This document shows positions 13,038-26,629 of a stretch of 64,000 nucleotides of DNA, one piece after another. This DNA is from Octopus vulgaris. Taxonomy: Eukaryota. The notes beneath the pieces are model-generated. The model was given only the letters and a program-made list of their open reading frames with translations, did no database searches and had not been told where the DNA came from. The stretch covers positions 39,308,001 to 39,372,000 of the forward strand of contig OX597827.1 in assembly GCA_951406725.2 (NCBI GenBank). The letters run 5' to 3'. Position 1 is the stretch's first letter, and each line of letters starts with the position of its first letter. A program made the position numbers and the translations under genes.

Positions 13038-13265
13038 TGTGTGTGTGTGTGTGTGTGTGTGTCTATCTGTCTGTCTGTCTGTATGTATATATGTATATGT
13101 ATGTGTGTGAACAATAATATTTTCAACAGATGTGTTGCAAATGTATCTGATTGTTCTCAAGCTTCAATACTGTGTGTGTGTGTATGTGTGTGTGTGTATG
13201 TATGTATGTATATGTATGTATGTATGTATGTGTGTATGTATGTATGTGTGTGTATGTATATGTGT

Positions 13266-13313
<48 letters not shown>

Positions 13314-13385
13314 ATGTATGTATGTATGTATGTATGTATGTATGTATGTATGTATGTATGTATGTATGTATGTATGAGTGTATGT
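13038..13385. repeat. (TG)n/(TATG)n microsatellites
   Basis: Directly visible. Confidence 0.95.
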
Positions 13386-13846
13386 TTACTTTATTACTAA
13401 TTACTCTCTTCCAAGAACATTTTCACTCACTCTTAGCTCTTAGCTTCCCATACATTTTACTCATGTATCTATCAGCGTTATGGACAGAATACTTTCACTT
13501 TAGTCTTCCTCAAATCACTCTGTCTCTATTTACTTTCATTTTATTCGTCGCCCACTGTGTGTGTGCGTTTGCGTGTGGTGTAAACCAGACTAAGAAAAGC
13601 ATTTGACACACACACCAGAATGTGAGTTTTCTGTAAATTTTGCTTAATTGGAGTTTAAATTTTAAAAACTGGACCTGGCATGACGCGATGCGTTGTACTC
13701 TTAAAAATGCTAGGTAAATTGTAATTGAAGAAATCCTATATTGTAGATTTGTATAACTCCCAAAGGGAGGCAGATAAAATCTGCCTTTTATAATAAGAGA
13801 TATATATATATACACACACGCACACATACACACACACACACATATA

Positions 13847-14223
13847 TCTTTTACTCTTGTTTCAGTCATTTGACTGTGGCCATGCTGGAGCACTGCCTTT
13901 AGTCGAGCAAATCAAACCTGGGACTTATTCTATAGGTCTCTTTTGCTGAACCGCTAAGTGATGGGGACATAAACACACTACCATTGGTTGTCAAGCAATA
14001 CTAGGGGGACAAATACAGACACACAAACATACACACACACACATATATATACATATACACGATGGGCTTCTTTGAGTTTCTATCTACCAAATTCACTCAC
14101 AAGGCTTTGGTCGGCCCGAGGCTATAGTAGAAGACACTTGCCCAAGATGCCATGCAGTGGGACTGAACCCGGAACCATGTGGCTGGTAAGCAAGCTACTT
14201 ACCACACAGCCACTCCTGTGCCT
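13847..14223 (-). mobile_element. SINE family A, near full length
   Basis: Reverse complement of family A. Confidence 0.9.
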
Positions 14224-14489
14224 TTATATATATATATATATATTATGTGTGTGTGTGTGTGTGTGTGTGCATGTGCGTTTTTTTCTTTGTACCTCACACC
14301 ATTGCGTGACAACCAGTGTTGGTTTGTCTATGTTCCCATAACTCTGTGGCTCACCAAAAGGGACTGATAGAATAAGTACCAACCTTAAAAAAAAGCTTAA
14401 GTACTAAGGTTGATTTGTTCAACTTAACCCTTTAAGGTTGTATGTTATCTGATATGTTCTTTTTTTTTAGGCAGTAGGTTGCGATTTAA

Positions 14490-14775
14490 CATGTTAACTA
14501 CTACATGTAGCACAGGAGGTTCACACCAAACTTCACACAATTGCCATATGCACCACTGGTGATACATTTCCACGAGTTGAGAAAATATTTTACTCTGTAT
14601 ATTTGACATGGTTTTGAGGATATTCAAATAACATGAGTGCTAAATATTAAAGTTTTATGAAATATTGTAAAAATGCAAAAGAATTACATCTTGTAATTAA
14701 ACAATATGTAGTGTGATCAGAAAAAACATGGCATTACTGGTAAGTTCCAGTAACAGGCCATTAACTGTTAACATG
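14490..14775. mobile_element. piggyBac-like MITE
   Basis: TTAA on both sides and 9-bp TIR catgttaac/gttaacatg; a second copy lies at about 52695-52958. Confidence 0.75.
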
Positions 14776-15859
14776 TTAAGGGAGATTTAGTTGCTATTTC
14801 TTGCAGATTGGAAGACCACACAAAAACTCACTCATTAATCTATTTTTGGTAAAGCATGTTTTGGTGGTGTTCTGCTGGGCAGTAGAGTCACCAGCTGTGG
14901 TTAAGAAGGAGCAATTATTATAGGAACAATAACAATTACAGGAAACTTCTATGCAGTTTGCTAGAAACAGCAACCAAATCTCCTCGAAGTCACACCTTAC
15001 TATATAGAAAAAAAGAGGAGCTGCGGTACACGAAGAAAAGCAGGATGGTCTCAGTTGGAGTGCCTGTAATCTATGTGATTGATCAAGGCTGACAATAACG
15101 ACAAATACACCACTATCACTGCCTCCTCTTCCTCATCATCACTGTCATTTATTGAACTTCTTCATTGCTGTCATCTCATCAGCACCATCATCATCATTAT
15201 CATAATCATGATCACTGTCATCAAAATTACTATATTTAATCATTATCATAATCTAATCATGTTTCACCATAATTACACCACCACTGCTCTTCTTCTTCTT
15301 CTCCTGCTCCTTATCATCATCATCATCATCATCATCATCATCGATGTTATTATTACCAACCACACCAGTTATCATTACCATTAAAATCGATAATCTTGTT
15401 TTATCAATTCTACCACCACCACCACCACTACCACCACTACTACCACCGCTGCTGCCATCACTGTCATCGGTGGACAGATAAAAATTAATCTGTTAAAAGA
15501 GATTACACTGTTACTCCATTTTTACATTTTTACAGACAGACAGATAAACAGACAATCAGACATAGATTGATAGATGGATATACAGACAGAAAACAACCAC
15601 TATTAAAGGGGACACTTTAGACCTGGTGGGACACTTTAGACCTGGTAGACAACTTCTCTAGTGCTGGTGGTGCAATAAAACGTGCCCGGTCCCTACTGAA
15701 AATGGTTAATGATATGACTGGCATCCAGCCAGAAAAATCATGCCAAAAAGAGGAAAACAGAAATGAAAGTGATGTCGACTCTACGAGCTGCAGTGAAGAC
15801 AACCTGGGCAGAACAGAACTCCAAATAAAAGCTAAAACAACAGAGCTGATACTCTAGAT

Positions 15860-16122
15860 CAGAGATGGCAACTTTTCTTCAACAGAGGGCTGCATCGTAC
15901 CATTTCCAAGTGGGAGAGGACCACATGATAAAACACATATTCATGAAATATTACTTATCCCTTTTACACTGAATTTTTGCAGTTCTTCTTAATTTTATTT
16001 GTCTTAGTATGAAATTTTATTTGTTTTAGTATGAAATTAGTAACCTAGAAACTCATCAAGGGCCACACAGCAATATGTTGAGGGCCTCATGCGGCCCACA
16101 AGCCACAGGTTGCCCGTGCATG
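15860..16122. mobile_element. hAT (Charlie-like) MITE
   Basis: Perfect 8-bp TSD ctctagat (15852-15859, 16123-16130); imperfect TIRs cagagatggcaac and gttgcccgtgcatg. Confidence 0.8.
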
Positions 16123-16130
16123 CTCTAGAT

Positions 16131-16395
16131 GCTTTGAGTTGCTGAAGCATGGAACAAACTGCCAGCATCAGTTGTTAGTTGTCGGAGCACTGCATCCTTC
16201 AAAACTTCCATGCTTTCTGAGATTCGCCAACACTACACCTGATTTTCTCCCCTCCATACACACACAAGCATGTATCTGACTCATACATTATTCGCTTTCC
16301 AGACATTTGTACATTACTGCATATACTTTATACGCACTGTCTGATAAGTTGTGGTGCACCTGAGCACTGTATACAATAATTTCATTATTATTATT
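16131..16395 (+). mobile_element. CR1-clade LINE 3' end, copy 1
   Basis: VAEAWNKLPASVVSCRSTASFK, then 3' UTR and (ATT)n tail; near-identical to copies at 47194 and 49936. Confidence 0.88.
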
Positions 16396-16681
16396 TTTTA
16401 GATGGTGCAGACATCTAGACTCTAGTCTCCTTATCCAGTCTCTCTTTTAAAAGGGTTGGTGATAAAGGAAACAGCAGTTTTAAGACAGAAAGATAAAACA
16501 GAATTCATGAACTCCACAACCCACAAATAAAGGCAATGTGTATAGGAGAGCAGCAACTCCTTATAAAAACTGATATAGAGTAGGGAGATTGGCCTTTTCT
16601 ATAAAAAATCTCTTTTGTGTTGGTGGGATAATAAAATGCACCCAGTTCATATTGAAAGCAGTGGTAAAAGTAAGGGCATCT

Positions 16682-17233
16682 GTGGAATTCTGGTTTAAGC
16701 ACCCCATATAACCCCTCAAACTTTTTTTACTTTTTGAAATTTTCAGAAAATTTTTATGAATTTGTGTAGTACATATGGGAATTCATACCATTATGCAAAA
16801 ATTAAAATTAAAAAAAAATTGTATGTGTGATTTAAGGGTGATTTAGCTGTTATTTTTAGCACATCTCACAGTCACCTGATACCTTCATCATTTCTTTGTC
16901 ACTCTGAATGTAATGATATTTTCCAGAAAGACATTTTCCCATAAAGACAATTTAGGGAATGATGATGCACCCAAGGTTGGTCCATTGTGGGGGATATAAG
17001 CAAAAAATTTGGACTGTCCATATTTCAAATTGATTTTTAAAAAAAATTTGAAAAGGAGTTGAACTTTTAGGATTTATGATGGGGTAGGGGTTAGACAATT
17101 TTTTAAAATTTCAATTTTCATACTTGTATAAATTCCCATTTGTAGAACACAAATTCTCAAAAAATTTCTGAAAATTCCCCAAAATAATAAAGTTATGGGG
17201 TGGTTATATGAAATGCTTAAACCAGAATTCCAC
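16682..17233. mobile_element. Foldback/MITE with long imperfect terminal inverted repeats
   Basis: gtggaattctggtttaagca at 16682 and its exact reverse complement ending at 17233; inverted similarity extends more than 100 bp inward. Confidence 0.8.
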
Positions 17234-17638
17234 TGTTGGTATCAACTGCAAAAAGAAAAAAATAAAGAGAGAGAAAAAAACATGCAAAATATAACAACAA
17301 GAAACTGAGAAGAGGAATCCTCAAGTTGCTGAAAACTAGTTTGGGTGGCATGATAAAAATGCACCTTGTCCATATTTTTAAGTGGTTGGTGACAGGATGG
17401 ACATTTATCTGTAAAAAAGAAAGCTATGTTGCCTCTCAAAAAGGAAGGAGTGAATGGTAGAGACGTTGACCTCGGCAAGTTGTTGTGAAGGCAACCTATC
17501 TAGGAGAACAAAAACTCTGAATAAAAACTCATACAAGTTAGAGGGGATCTTTAGTTCTGCTGCAGTTAACATCTCTGGTACCAGTGACATGATAGAATAC
17601 AAATGGTCCATGGTGTGATGAGGTTGGTGAAAGAATGA

Positions 17639-18125
17639 ATATGGCTGTGTGATTAAGAAGCTAGCTTTGCCACCATGTGGTTTGGGCTCAATCCCACTGT
17701 TTGGTACCTTGGGCAAGTATCTTTTACTACAGCCCTGGGCTGACCAATACCTTGTGAGAGAATTTGATAAACAGAAACTGTGGATACTTGTGTATACATA
17801 TATATAAATGCGTGATATATTTGTGTTTTTTCCCACCACTGCTGTTGTTGTTGTTAAGCAACAAGACGGGTAAGGGTGATTAGGTGATGGTCTAGGGCTT
17901 AGGGGCAGGAGACCCCAGACCTTGGAAAAAAAAACTTTGGTTGTCTTGTTGTAGTCGAGGGCTCTTCATTGATGCCTGACACCACTGGGAGGTGGCCCTC
18001 GAATGTCGCTGGAAATAGAAATCTCCAGGTCCAAATTCTTGGATGGCCCCACCACTGCTTGACAACAGGTATTGTTCCCCCCCCCCCCATAATGTAGTAA
18101 TTTGGCAAAAAAGACTGATAGAAAA
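17639..18125 (+). mobile_element. SINE family A interrupted by a 204-bp insertion (17844-18047)
   Basis: Family A sequence resumes after the duplicated cccaccactgct (17832-17843, 18048-18059). Confidence 0.8.
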
Positions 18126-18349
18126 AAACGAGTTCTTGTGCCTTAAGTAGACAGAATTATCTATTCCAATAAAATACAGCGTAAAACTGCAGAATCACAA
18201 TATGGCATCATCCACATTAAGTGTCGCATAGTATACACATTATGGTCAACTGCAAAATCATACTAATATTGCACCATCTGTCTTATACATCAATGTTAAC
18301 AAAATAAGGCACCCATCTCTCTCTTTATTTTCATCTATTCTTTCATTTG

Positions 18350-18510
18350 AGAGAATGGCTTTCACATGTGTGTGAACAAAATGACCTTGTTGTATAGCAA
18401 CCTCATGATTGTAAGTTATCTTGATTCTTTTTATAATAGAAACCAGATCTGTAGAATGATCTTGAAAAGAGTCTGTTGGTATGGGCAATGGAATGCACCA
18501 ACCAATAACA
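18350..18510. repeat. Unclassified dispersed repeat; second copy at 19750-19920
   Basis: Both share gctttcacatgt..gaacaaRatgacctt..acctcatga..taagttatcttgattcttt..atgatcttgaRaa. Confidence 0.75.
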
Positions 18511-19027
18511 TTCCTTCCCCCAAACACACACAAACAACTGTGCACATACTAACACTCACACATACACTGGTATGTATATATGGCATGTGGCACATGCATG
18601 TGGGAAAACTCAATAGGAGACAAAGACATCTTGGTCCAGGATGTTTATGGTTACGAATAAACATACACTCATTGAACAGTGTTTATTTTCTAATTAAAAA
18701 CCAGTGCAACAAGTATGCTAATGCATACAAGTCATTGCACCATCAACATTATGTCACTCCATTGCATCATCTATACTACATGGCCATGCCAGCACATTGT
18801 GCACAACTGCACAATTACATTAATACACCATACACGTTACATGTCCATGCAACACTACACAATCGCACCAATGCACTGTCTGTATTACTTGTCCATACTA
18901 ACATTTCATGCACAACTACACCATCATACTATTCATTGCACCATGTACATGTCAGCTGCATACTAATACTTCATGTGCAACAGAACACAATTGCACATCT
19001 AAAGTCTATACTAACAAGCAGGTTTCA

Positions 19028-19072
<45 letters not shown>

Positions 19073-19281
19073 AACATCTTTTATCTTTTACATGTTTCAG
19101 TCATTTGACTGCAGTCAAGACCCTACGACTTGTTATTTTTTGAAGCCTAGTACTTATTCTATAGGTCTCTTTTGCTGAGCCACTAAGGGAACGTAAACAC
19201 ATCAACACCAGTTGTTAAGTAGTGGTGAAGGACAAACACAGACATAGAGACGCACATACACAGATATATACATACATACAG

Positions 19282-19313
<32 letters not shown>

Positions 19314-19509
19314 CGTAAAAAGCACCCACTACACTCACGGAGTGGTTGGCATTAGGAAGGGCATCCAGCGGTAGAAACACTGCTAGATCAGACTGAAGCC
19401 TGGTGAAGCCTCCTGGCTTCCCAGACCCCGGTCAAACCGTCCAACCCATGCTAGCATGGAAAACGGACGTTAAACGATGATGATGATATATATATATATA
19501 TATACACAT

Positions 19510-19543
<34 letters not shown>

Positions 19544-19650
19544 GTATTATAATTATTAGGGAAGATTAATTCTGAGTCCACAGGAATGAGACATTCAAAT
19601 TAAAGTTGCTAAAGTGAATTTCTCTCTATATTTTATTCATATATATAAAT

Positions 19651-19717
19651 GTAGTTTTAGAGACAGAACCACCCTCAATGTTGATTGAGTTGAGGGTGGT
19701 TCTGTCTCTAAAACTAC
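19651..19717. other. Perfect 28-bp inverted repeat with 11-nt loop
   Basis: gtagttttagagacagaaccaccctcaa - tgttgattgag - ttgagggtggttctgtctctaaaactac. Confidence 0.95.
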
Positions 19718-20024
19718 TTATATACATATATATATAATTTTCCTTCATGTGAGTGAGTGCTTTCACATGTTGAACAAGATGACCTTGCAGTATGTTGACC
19801 TCATGAATATAAGTTATCTTGATTCTTTTCGAAATATAATATAAAAGCCGGAGCTGTAAAATGATCTTGAGAAAATTCTGTTCAGTGTGCCTGGTGGGAT
19901 GCACTGATTAATAACACCAACATGCATATCTTCTCCCCTGACACATGCAAACAAGCACATACTAACTTGTACACACACATACACACCACATATCCACATG
20001 CTCAAATACTGCCCCCAACCTGTT

Positions 20025-20046
20025 TGTATATACATATGTGTGTGTG

Positions 20047-20097
<51 letters not shown>

Positions 20098-20111
20098 GCA
20101 TATATATAGAC

Positions 20112-20198
<87 letters not shown>

Positions 20199-20228
20199 TA
20201 CATATACCTATATATATATACACATATA

Positions 20229-20272
<44 letters not shown>

Positions 20273-20356
20273 CCCTTTTTTGTATCACCTAACTGTCTGG
20301 ATGTTTTGTGTTCTTGTTTCATTTTGTATTTTTTATATGTATGTATATATATATTT

Positions 20357-20387
<31 letters not shown>

Positions 20388-20416
20388 CATGTATGTATGT
20401 GTATATCACTCTCTCA

Positions 20417-20489
<73 letters not shown>

Positions 20490-20490
20490 T
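20025..20490. repeat. (TA)n/(CA)n/(CT)n compound microsatellite
   Basis: Directly visible. Confidence 0.95.
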
Positions 20491-20868
20491 AATGACTAAT
20501 AGATTGTTGGAAAATCTCCATGTAAAACAAACTTATCAGACGAACAACTGTGTTTTCGACACATTATAAACTAATGGAAAAGTAACTGGTCTTCAAAGAA
20601 CTGGTTATATATATATATATATATATATGTAAAGGTTGCAGCATTTAATGTCCAGCTTCCATGCTGGCACACACATGCACACACACAATGATAATAATAA
20701 TAATAATAATAATAACAATAGTTTCTAACACAGACATAAAGCCTGTAATTGAGGGTAGGGAAAGAGTCAATTATATCAACCTCAGTATTGGACTAATACT
20801 TTATTTTTATTGACATTGGAAGGAAAAGAAGCTAAGTCAAACCTAGATGGACTCAGAGTATGTCACCA

Positions 20869-21189
20869 CAATGGGACCTCAATTTACAAATTTAATTCAT
20901 TCCTGGAGGCCGTTCATCATCTGGAAAGTTCATAAACCAAAAGTGATTTTCCTATAGGAAATCCAAAAGAAGACGCAGCGGATTCAAGCTGGGTTGCATG
21001 CTGAGCAAAAACTTGACAGCAACAGACACTCTCTTGCTGATGTTCCCAGTTTGTTACCAACCATTGTTGCCTGCTTGTGTGTTCATTACGTAAGACACCA
21101 TTCATCACCTGAGATGTTTTATGTTTGAAAGATTGTTTCTAAACTGATTTGTTTGTGGTGACAGACATTCATAAACCAATGTTCCACTG
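20869..21189. mobile_element. Tigger/pogo-like MITE
   Basis: Degenerate TIRs caatgggacctcaatttacaaa and ttcataaaccaatgttccactg, followed by TA. Confidence 0.6.
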
Positions 21190-21216
21190 TATATGCTATT
21201 TTAATTAAGCATTCTA

Positions 21217-21521
21217 TGCACAGGAGTGGCTGTGTGGTAAGTAGCTTGCTTACCAACCACATGGTTCCGGGTTCAGTCCCACTGTGTAGCACCTTGGCAA
21301 GTGTCTTCCACTATAGTCTCGGGCCGACCAAAGCCTTGTGAGTGGATTTGGTAGATGGAAACTGAAAGAAGCCCATTGTATATATGTATATGTATATATA
21401 TGTGTGTGTGTTTGTCTGTGTCTGTTCCCCAATATCATTTGACAACCGATGCTGGTGTGTTTATGTCCTTGTAACTTAGCGGTTCGGCAAAAGAGACTGA
21501 TAGAATAAGTACTAGGCTTAC
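21217..21521 (+). mobile_element. SINE family A, 3'-truncated
   Basis: Head and body match family A. Confidence 0.9.
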
Positions 21522-21584
21522 ACACACACATACACATCATTATCAACACTTTGTAGTGCCCAGTCTCAATGCTGGTATGAGTTG

Positions 21585-21615
<31 letters not shown>

Positions 21616-21945
21616 GATGTATGTGTGTGTGTGTGTGCACTATATACTGGGTTCAATATAATTGACTATTCCCTTCCTTCATATTTCTGACCTGTTCAAA
21701 CTGAATGTGGTTTGAAAAAGATTTATAATGTTTGGTTGGTACGGAAACCTCTATCACAAATCTTGACAATCCTGATTTGGATGGTACCTGTTATATGGAT
21801 TTAGGAAGTCCATATGGCAAGCACCGATGTTATGGAATCCACCATTAAAAAAAAAGAAGAAAAACTTGCTAAAAGTTTTTGATCAAAGACAGTTGGAGAT
21901 ATGATAAAATGTATCCAGTCCAAGTTATAAAGTGATTTACATTAA

Positions 21946-22165
21946 CCCATTAGCATTTAAAATGATTATATCTCGCTCAAATATCCTACCTATTTCATGT
22001 TTAAATTGGCCAGATCTGACCTCTCATACCAGACTTACAATTTCATTCTAAAAATAAGCACTCACATCATTGACATCTTGGTGCTATGATATAATGCATG
22101 ATTAATTGAAAACTTTGTGAATAAATAAGCATTACAATAGACAGAGTGATTCAAATGCTAAATGG
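21946..22165. mobile_element. piggyBac-like MITE
   Basis: TTAA-cccattagcattt ... aaatgctaaatgg-TTAA. Confidence 0.8.
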
Positions 22166-22424
22166 TTAAAGAAAGAAAGGACAGGGATAATGTAGGATTG
22201 TTAAGGAGTCTCTAGTGGCAGCAAAATAATAAAGTTGACCCAGTCCGTGTCTTAAAGTAGTTAGTGATAGGTTAGCGATACAGTATCCAGCCATAAAAAT
22301 CAAGAAAACATGACATACACAACTAGAGAACATGTTGGGCAGCAAGATGATTGGCGGTGCCAAGTGGTGAGACATTGTGAGACCAGTCCGATTCATGCCA
22401 GCACAGAGAAATGGATATAAAAGA

Positions 22425-22457
<33 letters not shown>

Positions 22458-22985
22458 GTATTGAAGGTGTAATGGTGATGTGATGATGTTGATAATGATG
22501 AAGATGCTAATATATACAAATGCATAAATGTACTTACACACACCATCATTGTAGATAGGCAGAATTGTGAAAGCGTTTGGCAAAATGCCTTGCGGTAGTT
22601 CACTATGATCATTTATGTTCTGAGATCAAATCCTCATGAAATCAACTTTGCCTTTCGTCCTGAGTGGTGGTGGTGGGGAAGTCAGTTTAATATTCCTATG
22701 AAACAATCTTAATATGAAAAGAATTACGATAGAAGACTAAGATATTATACTTATTTTTACATCTTTCCTCTCAAGGGTTTCTAATATAAAAGTAGTTTAT
22801 GTATTCATAATTAGTTTCACCATGAGTCACCTTGGGTGTAAAAAACATAAAGTCCTCAGCTGCTGACCTTAGGACTCCACACTAAGTCCTTGACCAACAT
22901 ACTTTCCTTAGTAACATTTACAAGAGTATGACATCATCCATGTATACGCCCAACACAATACATAAAAGCATGTCACATCACTTTC

Positions 22986-23169
<184 letters not shown>

Positions 23170-23515
23170 TCTTTCTCCCTGTCCCTCTCTTTCTCATGCA
23201 GGCACACATCAACACAATCAATGTTTACTGTGTATATTTGCTTTCTCTAACTTCTCAATCTCACTTTCAATTTCACAATTGCACACAACACACATTCTGC
23301 TGCTTTCTATTTTGCTACCAGTCCTCTCCTCACCCACAGTCATATTTAATTATGATGTAGTATTACGAATTGACCAAATAATTAAAGCAATTGACATTCA
23401 TGAGACAATGAAAGAGCCTCAATATAGTTAGCCAACCTGCTAGAACTAACAGTCAAATCTTTCTCATATCAAACCTTACTATCTTTAAAAAGATGGCATA
23501 ATGTTGTACAAAGTG

Positions 23516-23897
23516 TACTCTTTACTCTTTTGCTCTTTTACTTGTTTCAGTCATTTGAATGTGGCCATGCTGGAGCACCACCTTTAGTCGAGCAAATTGT
23601 ACTTATTCTATCAGTCTCTTTTGCTGAACCGCTAAGTTACGGGGACGTAAACACACCAGCATCGGTTGTCAAGTGATGTTGGGGGAACAAACACAGACAA
23701 ACACACACACATATATATACATATACATATATACGATGGGTTTCTTTCAGTTTCCATCTACCAAATCCACTCACAAGGCTTTGGTTGGCCCAAGGCAATA
23801 GTAGAAGAGACTTGCCCAAGGTGCTACACAGTGGGACTGAACCCGGAACCATGTGGTTGGTAAGCAAGCTACTTACCACACAGCCACTCCTATGCCT
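23516..23897 (-). mobile_element. SINE family A
   Basis: Reverse complement of family A with a small internal deletion. Confidence 0.9.
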
Positions 23898-24223
23898 ATT
23901 CTTTTATTCTTTCACAATTTTTAACCATTGAGCCATGGCTATAGTGGGTCATTGCACCTTCAAGGGTTTTGTCAATGATATCAACACCAATACTTATTTT
24001 AGTCTAGAGCTTAATTCATAGATCTCTATTTATGAAGCAGTAATGGGATATAAAGGTACACAGTGTACGTATATTACCAGTTTTAAAAATATGCATAAAT
24101 ATAAACACACATACATACACAGACATATAATATTTGAGAGAAATACACAGGGACTGTAATTTAAGTTTCACTAGCAACACTTAGACTGACTATCTGTATG
24201 TGTGTGTGTATATATAAAAGAAT

Positions 24224-24517
24224 TGTTTGTTGTTTGTTTGTTCCTTCTTGAGTCACACCTGGCTCATAGGTCCGGTTTCCCCGTTTCCTTGGCGTATAGG
24301 TTCCCCACCTGGACGGGACGCCGGTCCGTCGCAGGTGAGTTGTAAGATGCAGGAGGAAAGAGTGAGAGAAAGTTGTGGCGAAAGAGTCAACAGAAGTTAG
24401 AATTACCTTCTGCCGGAGTCGCGTGGAGCTTAGGTGTTTCGCTCAGTCTGAGATTCGAACCCATGATCCCTCAACTGTGAGTCCACTACTCTAACCACTA
24501 GGCCATGTGCCTCCACG
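24224..24517 (-). mobile_element. SINE family R variant with (AAAC)n tail and 11-bp TSD
   Basis: TSD tataaaagaat at 24213-24223 and 24518-24528; tRNA-like head with gggttcgaatc B box on the minus strand. Confidence 0.85.
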
Positions 24518-24554
24518 TATAAAAGAATAGTTACAGTTAAAACATTTTGATCAC

Positions 24555-24940
24555 AGGTGCAAGCATGGCTGTGTGGTAAGAAGCTTGCTTCCCAACCACA
24601 TGGTCCAGAGTTCAGTCTCACTGCATGGTACCTTGGGCAAGTGTCTTGTACTATAGCCTTGAGCCAACCAAAGCCTTGTTAGTGGGTTTGGTAGATGGAA
24701 ACTGAAAGAAGCCTGCCATACATATGTGTGTGTGTGTGTGAGTTTGTGTTTGTCCCCACCATCACTTGAGAACTGGAGTTGGCGTGTTTACATCTCATAA
24801 CTTAGTGCTTCAACAAATAAGACTGAAAGAATAAGTACCAGACCAATAGAATAAGTACTGGTGGTTGATTCCTTTGACTAAAAATTCTTCATGGTAGTGC
24901 CCAGGATGGCTGCAGTCTAATGATTGAAACGAGTAAAAAA
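24555..24940 (+). mobile_element. Older SINE family A variant
   Basis: Diverged head, body and tail. Confidence 0.85.
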
Positions 24941-25096
24941 TAGGCCTACTGAATGAGGACCAACTTGGTTCTAATCAGCCACAATAATTTGTGCAGCCTA
25001 TCTTCTTGCAATTGGACATTGCACTTCATTTTCATCCTCATCATCATCTCTAATATGTTTACCATGCTAGCATGGATTGGAACTATTTATGTTATA

Positions 25097-25885
25097 CTAG
25101 CAGTATCGCCCGGCGTTACTCGGGTTTGTAAGGGAAATAACTATATAAGCATTTTTAGAGATGTAAAGTATAATAGCCATCTCAATATGGCTAACCACAA
25201 AGTGGGGGGTGTTACTGTAGCTTTTTATGTTCTGAGATTTAATAATAAATTTTTAGAGAGTTACTTCCCTTATATATGCCAAAAATGCATTAAAAATGGG
25301 AAAAAATGATGGTAAATTTTATTTTTAAATCGTAGACTCATCGTAGACGCGTGCTAATACCCAGAAGGGCTCGATATGAATCACGACTATAAGATACCCG
25401 GTTTTGGTTAAACTGCACCGCAAAATGTGGGAGTAGTTAGGAATTTAAATCATAGGAGACAGACAGCACACAACCTCTTTTATATATAAAGACTAGCAGT
25501 ATTGCCCGGCGTTGCTCGGGTTTGTAAGGGAAATAACTATATAAGCATTTTTAGAGATGTAAAGTATAATAGCCATCTCAATATGGCTAACCACAAAGGG
25601 GGGTGTTACTGTAGCTTTTTACATTCTGAGATTTAATAATAAATTTTTAGAGAGTTACTTCCCTTATATATGCCAAAAATGCATTAAAAATGGGAAAAAT
25701 TGACGGTAAATCTTTTTTTAAATCGTAGACTCATTGTAGATGTGCGCTTACCCAGAAGGGCTCAATATGAATCACGACTATAAGATACCCGGTTTTGGTT
25801 AAACTGCACCGCAAAATGTGGGAGTAGTTAGGAATCTAAATCGTAGGAGACAGACAGCACACAACCTCACTTTTATATATAGAGA
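25097..25885 (-). mobile_element. Head-to-tail dimer of non-autonomous Helitron (25097-25492 and 25493-25885)
   Basis: Each unit runs TC...hairpin...CTAG on the minus strand; direct CTAG|TC junction; the dimer is flanked by A and T. Confidence 0.92.
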
Positions 25886-26217
25886 TTTTAGAATATTTTC
25901 TGTCACAGCAAGTCTTTTGTGTTTACTGCAATATTCCATAAATATTCAATGCTTGCTTTCTGCATTGCATCATGGAATTTTTTCTAGATTACCCTGACAG
26001 GACATCTGCTTTTACAACAATTTCATTGACATGATAAATAATATAGGTCTCCCTCAGGTTTGACAATAAGTGTTCCTATGGCTTGGTCAGTGGAACAGCC
26101 TCTTTAGTGAATTAGCATGCAAGCATGTGTACCCTTCATGTAATTATCAAAGTGAATCAGAGTGACAATATATAACAAGGCTGGCCCTTTGAATTAGAAG
26201 GACAAGTTATCTGACAG

Positions 26218-26473
26218 CAGGGTCATCATTGCAGCATTTTAGTCCCCAGGGTAAATCAAGTCTCATCATATTTATTTAATGACAAGCCACAGCATAAATA
26301 GATTAGAAACCGATCCCTAGACCCTTGAAGCTGCAGGGTAAATCAATACAATGGGCTCTACAGTATTTATTTATTGACTGCAAGCCACAACATACATAGA
26401 TCATAATTGGGCCTTTAGACTTGTGAGGCCCCTGAGCAATTGCTCAGTGAACTCATGCCATCAGATAGCCCTG
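26218..26473. mobile_element. hAT-like MITE
   Basis: cagggtcatc...gatagccctg ends; 8-bp TSD tctgacag/tatgacag. Confidence 0.7.
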
Positions 26474-26629
26474 TATGACAGGATTCCTCAGTTTCAGTCT
26501 AATTTCACTGACAAGGTATGGCTTGACCAGAGTCTAATGTGAACTTCAGACTGTATCAACATGCCATTATGCCTCCCAAATGAATTTTAAATTGAAGGCA
26601 TTCACCTTCCTCTACCTTGAGAGTATGTG

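Noticed and set aside
13590-13628. 33-nt plus-strand exon ending at gtgagt
   Set aside because: The acceptor lacks an adjacent pyrimidine tract and the peptide is uninformative.
18366-19178. Longest ORF in the track (270 aa)
   Set aside because: It runs through a dispersed repeat, a degenerate tgca-rich tract, (CT)/(CA) microsatellites and a SINE tail; no domain-like content.
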